A stretch of 64,000 bases of DNA from an uncultured candidate division Zixibacteria bacterium (GTDB taxonomy: Bacteria; Zixibacteria; MSB-5A5; GN15; FEB-12). The stretch lies in the NCBI GenBank assembly GCA_963664195.1, contig OY760907.1:2208001-2272000 (forward strand). Direction: 5' to 3'. The notes beneath the pieces are model-generated. The model had not been told where the DNA came from, made no database searches, and saw only the letters and a program-made list of their open reading frames with translations. The translations under genes were made by a program, and so were the position numbers. Below are positions 20,688 to 29,358 of the stretch, piece after piece; positions within the stretch are counted from its first letter, which is position 1, and each line of letters opens with the position of its first letter.

Positions 20688-22328
20688 TCATCTTTGCGGG
20701 AGGGAAATTGTCACCTCCGCGCCTCCTTGTTTGCGATTGGAAAGCGTGATCGTGCCGCCGTGGTCGAGGACGATCCGCTGGCAGATCACCAGCCCAAGTC
20801 CGCTGCCGCCTTGTTTGGTCGAAACGTACGGTTCAAACTTCTGTTCGAGGGTGTCGTCGCTGAACCCCGGTCCGTGGTCGCTGACGGTAATCATGATACC
20901 GTTGTTGGTGTCCGAAAGCACGACTTCGACCTGTGCGTCATCTCCGGACTCGAAACCGTTTTTCACGAGATTCACGAGCACCTGTCGCATCTGGTCAGCA
21001 TCAACATTGATTGTTTTTCGTTCCGTGCGATAGGTGACTTTCAACGCCTCGGAACGAATCTTGTCGGCGTACAGCGTCTCGAACGAGCGTAAGAGTTCCA
21101 CCGGTGGCGTCGGCGTCATCGAGGGTGGACTCATGCGGGCGAATCCAACAAACTGATCGAGGAGTTTTGCCAGACGTGTTGTCTCCTCCTTGATCATTCT
21201 GGTGTTGTCGCTCAGCGTTTGATCGAAGCCGGGTAGTTTTTCCTGGAATGAACGACGAAGGTCGTCGGCGCTGATCGCTATTGGCGTGAGCGGGTTCTTG
21301 ATTTCATGGGCGATTTTGCGGGCCATCGTCTGCCACGCAGCGATCTTTTCGGTGGTAGCGAGTTGCTTCTGGGAAATCTCTAGTTTGCGCATCATCTCGG
21401 AGAAAGAGTCAGCTAGCTGGGCGAACTCACCTTCCTCAAATGCCATCACCGGCGTGTTGAGATCGCCGCCCGCCACGCGTCCGAATGCATCCACGAGGTT
21501 GTCAATCTCCCGCTTGGCCCGTCCGGAGATATAGACGCCGACCGCAATTGCCACCAGCACCGAAGCCAGCGCCACGAGCGAGATGACGTTGATGAACGAG
21601 GCAAAGACCGACACGATCTCAGTCGGTTCAAAGTCGGCGATGACAAAGAATCCTGCCTGCTCTTTTCCGGCCACTCGCGCCCGGAGACGGTTGTCAACGC
21701 CGTACAGAGTGCCGGGTTCCATGGCCGAGATAGATTGAATCTCGCCTTCATCTTCGACAAAAACGACTTCCGTCTGTCCGCGGATTATTCGATTGGTGGT
21801 AGGAAGCATGCGCTGCTCGAGATACCAGCCGCCGTACAACTGCACCGGTCCCGGAACGCTGGTCAGTCCTGACAGTGATGCATGACGTCCGGTGATGTCG
21901 TACTCGACAGACTCTGCGAGGCTCACTCGTCCGTATCCAGAATCAGGGACGCCGGGAATCAGCCTCTCGCCAATCAAACCGGGCCGATGCGAACTGGCCA
22001 GCACGAGACCTGTCGAATCAACTACTTCGAGAAAGTCAAGATCGAACTGTCTGGCGTCGCAAGTTATCTGACCGGGATTGCCGGAGAGCACGGCATGACG
22101 TGCACGCGAAAACCAGTCCGAGTCCACGGCAGACCGAAGCTGCGCCTTGAATCGTTCCGCAAACTGACGGTCATACTGGTTAAGCTGTTCGAGGTCATCT
22201 GCGGCATTCTGCCGATAGGCCATTTCCTCCTGGCGGTAGGAATAGAAATAGACCACGGCCATCATCAACGCCGGAGGCAGCAACGCGATGATCACAAGAT
22301 ACATTCGAATGCGACCGGTCAGACTCAT
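20688..22328 (-). CDS. Membrane sensor histidine kinase with HAMP domain (NtrY-like)
   Basis: Two TM helices, HAMP, AAWQTMARKIAHEIKNPLTPI, NLVKN, DHGPG, FEPYVSTK, GSGLGL. Confidence 0.93.
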   Translation of the reverse strand: MSLTGRIRMYLVIIALLPPALMMAVVYFYSYRQEEMAYRQNAADDLEQLNQYDRQFAERFKAQLRSAVDSDWFSRARHAVLSGNPGQITCDARQFDLDFLEVVDSTGLVLASSHRPGLIGERLIPGVPDSGYGRVSLAESVEYDITGRHASLSGLTSVPGPVQLYGGWYLEQRMLPTTNRIIRGQTEVVFVEDEGEIQSISAMEPGTLYGVDNRLRARVAGKEQAGFFVIADFEPTEIVSVFASFINVISLVALASVLVAIAVGVYISGRAKREIDNLVDAFGRVAGGDLNTPVMAFEEGEFAQLADSFSEMMRKLEISQKQLATTEKIAAWQTMARKIAHEIKNPLTPIAISADDLRRSFQEKLPGFDQTLSDNTRMIKEETTRLAKLLDQFVGFARMSPPSMTPTPPVELLRSFETLYADKIRSEALKVTYRTERKTINVDADQMRQVLVNLVKNGFESGDDAQVEVVLSDTNNGIMITVSDHGPGFSDDTLEQKFEPYVSTKQGGSGLGLVICQRIVLDHGGTITLSNRKQGGAEVTISLPQR

Positions 22329-23575
22329 GGAGTGGCCTCCGCGGGAGGATCGGGCAGGATGAGCTTCATCATCATCGAAGTGTCGAGACGGCCATCGCTA
22401 TCGAACTCCAGTCCTTGAAGGTTCTGGTGTGTACTCAAATGAGCCACGGGACGAAACAGCGGAAAGACGCCGAGATCTTCGATCATAATCCGCTCGGCGG
22501 CGTCGAGATTGCGATAGTAATCGCTCTGCATTGAAGGCGATTCGACAAACCGAAACGCCGTGGCTATGCGACGGATGTACTCGTTGGCTCGCATGTCGGC
22601 CATACTGTCCTGCACGAGTCGGTGGTACAGAGTGTACATGGTGACTGAGGGCAACTCGCTGCTCACGGGGACGAATTCGAGGTACACGTCGGCCTCGCGC
22701 CTGCTTTGAGTCAGCTTCACCGGGCAGCGGTCGCGCGATATTATGTCCGCAAAATAGAACGTCAACTGGTCCAGCGCCGGTGATCCTGAAAACAATGCCA
22801 GCGAATCCGGGACAATCGACATCGATTGAAACAATACTCTGCCACGTGCGGGATCATAGCTGTATTGGCGATGTGCCGGCGTACCGTTAGAGGCCGGCTC
22901 GTAGATGTGGAAGCGATGGGTTGACCCGGCGACGTCTCCCTCGAAACAGAAGTCCAGTTTCGTTTCGTCGTAACGATAGTACAGCGAGGTCGTCAACTGT
23001 CCGCCCTGATTGAAACGACGACCTATGTTCGGCACAAGTGCCGCTACCCAGGGAGCGGGGTGGCTAATCACGGTCGTTTTTGCCGTTGCCTGCAAATCTC
23101 CAAAGGACAGGCAGGCGTCGAGAAGTCCATCCTGGAAATCGTGCAGCATGGTTTGGTGATGATCGTACTCCCTGAAGATCAGGCGTACGCTATCATTGCC
23201 GCGTGAAATAAGCGGCAGGCCTACAATATCGGAGCCGACCGTGATTGCGGAAACAGTGTCTAAATCCGCCGTCTGGATGATCGCAAACAACGCGCCGAGG
23301 TCAGTCAGGTCGAACGAAACCGAATCGGCCATACCCAACGGTTCGCTGATCGCAACTCCTTGCCATGAGTGCTCGATAGAACCCACATGTATGGTGTCTT
23401 CACCTTGAAGCAGCGAGTAACGTGCGTGCGGGTAAACAAAAGCTTCCTCTCCAACAGCGAAATACAGTCGGTCGAGGCGGTACTGAAGCGCATCGCAGGT
23501 GACTTGCCCGGCATAGACATCGGAGCCAATCGACAACGCCAGAAGCACGGATATGATGATGTTGACTTTTCGCAT
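22325..23575 (-). CDS. Exported protein, possibly a degenerate family-5 solute-binding-like accessory sensor
   Basis: Signal peptide MRKVNIII...; YSYDPARGR and AERIMIEDLGVFPLF resemble SBP_bac_5 C-terminal motifs; ATGA overlap with the kinase. Confidence 0.55.
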   Translation of the reverse strand: MRKVNIIISVLLALSIGSDVYAGQVTCDALQYRLDRLYFAVGEEAFVYPHARYSLLQGEDTIHVGSIEHSWQGVAISEPLGMADSVSFDLTDLGALFAIIQTADLDTVSAITVGSDIVGLPLISRGNDSVRLIFREYDHHQTMLHDFQDGLLDACLSFGDLQATAKTTVISHPAPWVAALVPNIGRRFNQGGQLTTSLYYRYDETKLDFCFEGDVAGSTHRFHIYEPASNGTPAHRQYSYDPARGRVLFQSMSIVPDSLALFSGSPALDQLTFYFADIISRDRCPVKLTQSRREADVYLEFVPVSSELPSVTMYTLYHRLVQDSMADMRANEYIRRIATAFRFVESPSMQSDYYRNLDAAERIMIEDLGVFPLFRPVAHLSTHQNLQGLEFDSDGRLDTSMMMKLILPDPPAEATP

Positions 23576-23807
23576 ATCTCCCATTCCAACCTGATCTGCA
23601 AAACGCAATCAGCTCGGACTGCACTACTTATACAAGGTTAAAAACGCATCGTTCCCTGCTCTGTGTCTGTTTTGCCACAGGCAACTTGTTGTTTTTCAGG
23701 TGGATAGGTCAGCCTTTGCTATGTTTGTGTCTTAGCTGACACACTCAGGTCGTGGTCTCCGGGACTAGGGAGGTCATAACCCGTTGCAAGCCAACGGCCT
23801 GTGTCCG

Positions 23808-23823
23808 TGGCACGGGGGTTGTA
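23808..23823 (+). promoter_or_regulatory. Candidate sigma54 (-24/-12) promoter
   Basis: TGGCACG-GGGG-TTGTA versus consensus TGGCACG-N4-TTGCW (one mismatch at -12), ~40 bp upstream of the lipoprotein start. Confidence 0.55.
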
Positions 23824-23863
23824 TTGCCTCAATCCAAACACAACCACTTACTCATAGGAGGCA

Positions 23864-24949
23864 ATGATGAAAACAACTACCACACTCATAGCAGCCCTGG
23901 GCATTGCAGCTCTGGCAGGCATCTCGTTTGTGGGATGCGACTCAGAACCGGAAACGGGAAACAACGGCTTCGTTGGACAACTTGTCGACTCTGTCGCACT
24001 GGCAGTGGCGGACAATCTTCATGAGGCCGCCCGGACGCCGGAAAGCGCAAATGTCGTTGACGGGGATCTGCATCCGGCCACAGATCTGGCGGTCGAGATT
24101 TACGATCCCGAGTTCGAGCCGGCAGTCAGAGATCTGCTCGCCAACGGTGACACGGTGTATGCCATCTACGACGGTGCGCTGCTCGTGTACGATCTCACCA
24201 CAAATGACTATTCCCTCGCGGTGGGGGACGATGCTCTGACGACCCTGGTAAGGCATGCCGGAAGCATTTTCGCGGCGGGGGAGAGGCTTTACCGGGTCGA
24301 CGGAGCAGAATTGATCCCGGACGAAACCGAGTTCAGCGGCCGAGTGAAAAGCCTGTGCAGTTTCGATGCCAGCCTGATGATCGGCACTGATTGTGGTCTG
24401 TACGCCCGCAATCTGCTTGGCACGACGCTTCTTCTTGAGGACATGAACATCTCCGCAATGGTGGCCGACCGGGACGGTCTCTGGATAGGTACGCACGGCG
24501 ATGGGCTGTATCGCTGGGATGGCGACAAGTACCGTCAGCGATATCTCTCGCGAGACAAGAGCCTTTTCGATCACGTGACGGCGCTGGCCTACAACCACGA
24601 TCACGTCTATCTCGGTACGGTCAACGGCATGTTCGTTTTTGACGGTGGCAATTGGAAGACACTGACAACCGAAGACGGACTCCCGGGCAATGTTGTCACC
24701 TCGATCGATGCCGCCGGCTGGGTAGTCTATGTCGGCACCAATGTCGGTATGGTGAGCTACTTCGAGGACGAGTTCTCGCCGGTGAAGAATCTTGAGACGC
24801 AGATGATTACCTCGATTGATCGCGTTGAAAACAACCTGTTTGCCGGTACTGTGGAGGACGGGATTGTGCTCAAGTCCGGATCGGTAGTCAAGACTCTGGT
24901 GGAGCCGCAATTGCAGTCGGAACAGGGGTTGGCGGCTGTCATTCACTGA
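23864..24949 (+). CDS. Lipoprotein with beta-propeller (regulator-propeller-like) repeats
   Basis: AGGAGG RBS, lipobox FVGC, repeats LWIGTHGDGLYRWDG, VYLGTVNGMFVFDG, DGLPGNVVTSI. Confidence 0.75.
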   Translation: MMKTTTTLIAALGIAALAGISFVGCDSEPETGNNGFVGQLVDSVALAVADNLHEAARTPESANVVDGDLHPATDLAVEIYDPEFEPAVRDLLANGDTVYAIYDGALLVYDLTTNDYSLAVGDDALTTLVRHAGSIFAAGERLYRVDGAELIPDETEFSGRVKSLCSFDASLMIGTDCGLYARNLLGTTLLLEDMNISAMVADRDGLWIGTHGDGLYRWDGDKYRQRYLSRDKSLFDHVTALAYNHDHVYLGTVNGMFVFDGGNWKTLTTEDGLPGNVVTSIDAAGWVVYVGTNVGMVSYFEDEFSPVKNLETQMITSIDRVENNLFAGTVEDGIVLKSGSVVKTLVEPQLQSEQGLAAVIH

Positions 24950-25193
24950 TTTTCTGATCCCTCTCTTCCGTCAGTCTGCGCCCGCAGACCGGGGCCTCCC
25001 GGCTAGAAACGCCCGGAGGCCCTTTCCTTCTGTCTCCGGAAGTCCATTCGGTCTTTGCTCAGGTTAAACTTGACTCAGTTTTTGAAACCCGGTATGAGTC
25101 TCACAGTAAAAGACTCCTGAAAGGAGTACCGAAGTAGTGGATATCCGTTTGACAATTGGAATAGTATAGATAGACAAAGCAAGGAGCTTCAAA

Positions 25194-25793
25194 ATGAAAA
25201 GTCTGATTCTGCTTTTCGTACTGAGTTTGTTTGTGATCGGATGTGGCGGCGGTGGTCAGCAGGTCACACGCATGAATTCCGAGACCGTGACTGATCTTTC
25301 CGGCCGCTGGAACGATACTGACTCCCGGTTGGTTGCCGAAGAGATGGTTCGGGACTGTATCTCCCGCCCGTGGTTGACCTCGTTTGCCGCCGCTCAGGGT
25401 GCGAAGCCGGTGGTGACGGTGGGCCTTATTCGTAACAACTCCAGCGAGCACATTGACACCGAAGTATTCACCAAGGATTTTGAACGTGAGCTGATCAACT
25501 CAGCCCAGGTGCGATTTGTTGCGGCCAAGGATTACCGGGCTGAAATCCGTGAGGAACGTTCGGAGCAGCAGGAATTCGCCTCGCGTGATACTATGAAGAG
25601 AATGCGTGAGGAACTGGGAGCAGATTTCATTCTGCAGGGTTCAATCAAATCCGTGGTCGACCAGGTCGAGGGCAAACGGGCCGTGTTCTACCAGACCGAC
25701 TTGGAATTGGTGAATATCGAGTCGATGGAAAAAGTCTGGATCGGCAGCAAGGAAATCAAGAAGGGGATATCTCAGGGCAAGACCAAGTGGTAG
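25194..25793 (+). CDS. lpoB: Penicillin-binding protein activator LpoB-family lipoprotein
   Basis: Lipobox VIGC, TDLSGRWNDTDSRLVAEEM, IRNNSSEHIDT, GADFILQGSI, KVWIG.KEIKK. Confidence 0.8.
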   Translation: MKSLILLFVLSLFVIGCGGGGQQVTRMNSETVTDLSGRWNDTDSRLVAEEMVRDCISRPWLTSFAAAQGAKPVVTVGLIRNNSSEHIDTEVFTKDFERELINSAQVRFVAAKDYRAEIREERSEQQEFASRDTMKRMREELGADFILQGSIKSVVDQVEGKRAVFYQTDLELVNIESMEKVWIGSKEIKKGISQGKTKW

Positions 25794-25796
25794 TTG

Positions 25797-27224
25797 ATGA
25801 GAAGTAACCCCGCGAGACTTCCCAGATTCATGTGCCAGGGGATTTGGCTCTGCCTCCTCCTCTGGCTCCTGACAGTTTTTTCCGGGTGTGGTTCTATGGC
25901 CACACGGAAAGACTTCTATGATCCTATCACCGCCGAACTTCGTGTTGCCAATTACGACTCTGCGGCCGCCGGACTCGAAGCGGCAAAAAACGACGGCAAG
26001 TTCGGCAGCAAGGATCGCGTGGTGTATTACGTTGATGCCGGACTGGCGTACCATTATGCCGGAGCGTATGATTCCAGCAACTCCCGTCTTCACGAAGCGG
26101 AAACGGCGGCCGAAGAGTTGTTCACCAAGAGTATTTCGAAAGCCGCGCTTTCGCTTCTGCTGAATGACAACGCTCTCGAGTACGCCGGAGAGGACTACGA
26201 AGTCCTTTATACCAATCTGTTCAGTGCCTTAAACTATGTCCAACTCGGGAAATTCGACGACGCGTTTGTTGAGATCAAGCGGGCGAATCTCAAACTCGAG
26301 TTGCTCGAGAACAAGTACGCCGATGCTGTCATGACCCTTCAGCGCGGAGCCGAAGAAGACACCAGCGCGGTGCAGATAGACTACGATATCAAACCGGTCC
26401 GATTCCACAACAGTGCCTTTGCCCGTTATCTGAGTATGCACATGTACGCCGCCGACGGTCAGTATGATGACGCCCGGATTGATCTGGGATACCTGCGCGA
26501 GGCGTTCCGTGCTCAGCCGTTCATTTACGGGTTTGAGACGCCCGACGTGAAGTTCGCCGATGACAACGGAGTTGTGCTGTCGGTGGTGGCTCTCGCAGGC
26601 CTGGCTCCGGTGAAGGAAGCTGTCAATCTTCGACTCCGGACGGACAAGGATCTCGATCTGGTGCAGATCCTCTATACTGACTCCGAGTATCACGAGAATC
26701 CGGAGTACGGCCATATCCCTATGGACGTATCTGAGGATTACTATTTCAAGTTTGCGATTCCGAAACTGGCCGGCCGGCATTCGGAGATCAGTCAGATCAA
26801 TGTTTATGCCTCCGGTGAGTCACTCGGCAGCCTTCAGTTGCTTGAGGACGTCGGCGCGGTGGCAAGAGAGACATTCGAGAGTAAGAGTTCGCTAATCTAT
26901 ATCCGTTCCGTGGCCCGGGCAGTTGTCAAGGGACTGGCGGCCCATAAGGCCAAGAAGAAGGCCGATACAGGCGGCCTGGGCGGCTGGCTCAAAAAAGCGG
27001 CCATCGACGTGGTTTCCGATGTGTCGGAAAACGCCGATCTTCGCTGCGCACGGCTTCTTCCGGGAAGGATTCTCGTTGGGGATTTTGTACTCCCACCGGG
27101 CGTCTACGACCTTACGGTCGAATTTATTGACAGTTCCGGTCAGGTAGTCGGGGGCCAGTCCTGGCCGAGCTACGAGGTCAAAGGACGCGGCCTCAATATG
27201 ATTGAGGCTGTTTCCTTGAATTGA
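25797..27224 (+). CDS. COG3014-like TPR lipoprotein
   Basis: Lipobox FSGC, YAGEDYE, DDAFVEIKRA, ENADLR..RLLPG; this family is commonly next to lpoB-like genes. Confidence 0.7.
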   Translation: MRSNPARLPRFMCQGIWLCLLLWLLTVFSGCGSMATRKDFYDPITAELRVANYDSAAAGLEAAKNDGKFGSKDRVVYYVDAGLAYHYAGAYDSSNSRLHEAETAAEELFTKSISKAALSLLLNDNALEYAGEDYEVLYTNLFSALNYVQLGKFDDAFVEIKRANLKLELLENKYADAVMTLQRGAEEDTSAVQIDYDIKPVRFHNSAFARYLSMHMYAADGQYDDARIDLGYLREAFRAQPFIYGFETPDVKFADDNGVVLSVVALAGLAPVKEAVNLRLRTDKDLDLVQILYTDSEYHENPEYGHIPMDVSEDYYFKFAIPKLAGRHSEISQINVYASGESLGSLQLLEDVGAVARETFESKSSLIYIRSVARAVVKGLAAHKAKKKADTGGLGGWLKKAAIDVVSDVSENADLRCARLLPGRILVGDFVLPPGVYDLTVEFIDSSGQVVGGQSWPSYEVKGRGLNMIEAVSLN

Positions 27225-27410
27225 CCCTTTCCGGGGGAGTTCGTCAGGCGGTCGAGCGGGCTAAGGTTCTTAACGGTCATACCGACAGATTTCATAGAGG
27301 GGGTGAAGGCTGATACGGTCAATCACCCCAGGCACTTCAATGGGCAGCCGTCGTAAAACAGGGGCCGATCCATCTAGCGAGCGCGACGGTTATGAGACAG
27401 GGAGGCTAGT

Positions 27411-28064
27411 GTGGTCAGCGAATTCCCCACGTTGCGCACGCGGACAAAGATCAAGGCGGACGACTTTGATCTGTCTAGGGAAATCAAGTTTGATCCCCGG
27501 CGGGGTCTGACAACCTTTCGAGGGAACCGACTAGTCATATTCGAAGCTGATGCTATCGGGTTGTTGCGTCGGAACCTCATTGATGATTTGGGCTGGGAAA
27601 CCGCTCGAGGATTCCTGCTCAGGTTTGGATTCGAGCACGGCTATTCAGAATTCTGCCACATGGATCAAAGCCACGATTTCGAGACCGAAATGGACCTTCT
27701 GGCTTCCGGCCCGGTAATTCATACCTACGAGGGATTGGTCTAGGCTACGCCCACAAAAATCAGATTCGACCGTGACAGCGGCGACTTCTATTTCTCAGGC
27801 ATCTGGACGAACTCCTACGAGGCGGAGCAGCACCTGTCGTTTCATGAGAAGTCTGAGCATCCGGTTTGCTGGACCCTGATGGGGTATGCCTCGGGATGGT
27901 GTACGGCCTTTTTGGGACGCCCGCTGCTGGCGATCGAGCCTCTTTGTGTGGGCAAAGGAGACGATCACTGCGAATGGCTGATTCAGCCGCCCGACGTCTG
28001 GGGCGATGCAGCGGGACCGTACATCAAGGCACTCGGCGATCTCTTGAAGAAGATCCGCGACTAG
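27411..28064 (+). pseudogene. Stand-alone XylR N-terminal/V4R sensory-domain gene interrupted by an in-frame TAG
   Basis: ORFs 27411-27743 and 27879-28064 share a frame; reading through TAG (27741-27743) gives ...GPVIHTYEGLV*ATPTKIRFD...SYEAEQHL...PVCWTLMGYASGWCT...C.GKGDDHC. Confidence 0.8.
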
Positions 28065-28163
28065 AGTGACAGCAGACAGGGCGGAGATAGCTGCGGGACC
28101 CGCTAGGACGAGCCTGCAGCGACATCCGTGCCTTGCCGGTCTAATGACCTGCTCTTCCCGCCG

Positions 28164-28970
28164 CTACTGCTCGTAGCGGAAAGGCTCACCCATATCACCA
28201 AATGAGAAGTTGTAGAAGACGTTGTGCCCGTTGTAGTCGAGCACGCGAAGGTCATCTTCTTGCTTCACGTCGTTGGTTATGACATCAAACTGAGCGCCGT
28301 ACTTCGCCTTGACCAGATCCAGCGAGACCTCACGGGCGATGAACTTCCTGATTCCCTTGGCCTTGAGTTTTTCTATGAACCCCGGTTCCTTTACCGACGG
28401 GTATGTGGTGAGGATCAAGATCGGTCCGGTGCCGGTGAATATTACGGCTGCCTTCATCGCTGACATCACGTCTTCGCGGGCGGCGGTTCGGCCGTGAGCG
28501 CCAGCCTCCATGAGGGCGAACCGAGCCACTTTGGGATTCACCAGACGCTCAAAATCCTGGTAGGACATCTTGAGCAACTCCGTGTGGGAACCGGCGTTGA
28601 ACGCGATTTCCTTGTCTCCTACCATGCTTGCGGCCACATAAACCGGTATGTTGTAGAGACTTCCGAATGGCGGCATGGCCCCGATGTCGCTCTCCGGGAA
28701 GACGTCCTTGAACTCCTGCTCCCGGGCAAGTTCCACATTTGTCGCCCCGGTTGATTCTTTGAGCATATCGAAGTCAACCTGGTATGAAGCCGGGAGTACG
28801 GCCATGGCCATCTCACCATTGATCTTGACCATCACCGTTTTCGCCAGAACCTTACCGGAGATATGCGCCGAGGCGGCGATTTGCTGGGCCGTGAAGGCGG
28901 GTGAGTGCGAGATTTTGACGTATCGAACGTCGTTGGCGTTGAGAAAGTCCATGAGCTTTTTGACAGGCAT
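28164..28970 (-). CDS. YbaK/EbsC aminoacyl-tRNA deacylase-family protein fused to a ~97-aa C-terminal domain of unknown function
   Basis: AGGAGG RBS then MPVKKL; LAKTVMVK, GAMPPFG, FNAGSHTEL; the frame continues into MKAAVIFTGTGPILILT...DLRVLDYNGH. Confidence 0.8.
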   Translation of the reverse strand: MPVKKLMDFLNANDVRYVKISHSPAFTAQQIAASAHISGKVLAKTVMVKINGEMAMAVLPASYQVDFDMLKESTGATNVELAREQEFKDVFPESDIGAMPPFGSLYNIPVYVAASMVGDKEIAFNAGSHTELLKMSYQDFERLVNPKVARFALMEAGAHGRTAAREDVMSAMKAAVIFTGTGPILILTTYPSVKEPGFIEKLKAKGIRKFIAREVSLDLVKAKYGAQFDVITNDVKQEDDLRVLDYNGHNVFYNFSFGDMGEPFRYEQ

Positions 28971-29358
28971 TGGAACCTCCTGACTTGTTTTGTTCCGCAC
29001 CGGCAAACTGGCTACGGCTATACATGTTACGTCGAATTCGGCAGAGATGTTGAGGGCAGAATATGGAGCGGGAGTCATGCGTGGTATTCAGGGCCGCCGA
29101 GAAACGGGGGACGGCCAACTCATACGATGCTCCGTTTTCGACGTGAACTCTGCGCCCCCCATGCTCGGAACGTGTCTGGTGTCCATTCGTGGACCTATGA
29201 AGTACGAGAAATGCGGACTCCCGTAGGAACAAAGGGTAGAGGGACGCTGTTGGACAAATAAGCGGTGTGTGATGAGATCGCCTCGCGATCATTGATGGTC
29301 CTTTGACAGTGCATGCGCCGTGCTTTCCCGGATGTTCAACAGAATAGGAGTCCTGAAC

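Noticed and set aside
23942..24946. Long antisense ORFs such as 23942-24946, 33411-34346, 34922-35917, 36527-37642, 43280-44167, 59548-60378 and 60611-61480
   Set aside because: They are shadows of well-supported genes on the opposite strand, expected in GC-rich coding DNA, and carry no motifs
27741..27743. Genome-wide TAG reassignment (alternative genetic code)
   Set aside because: TAG ends many clearly complete genes here (e.g. mreB, glpX, lpoB, tssC, tssD, vgrG), so a global recoding is not supported
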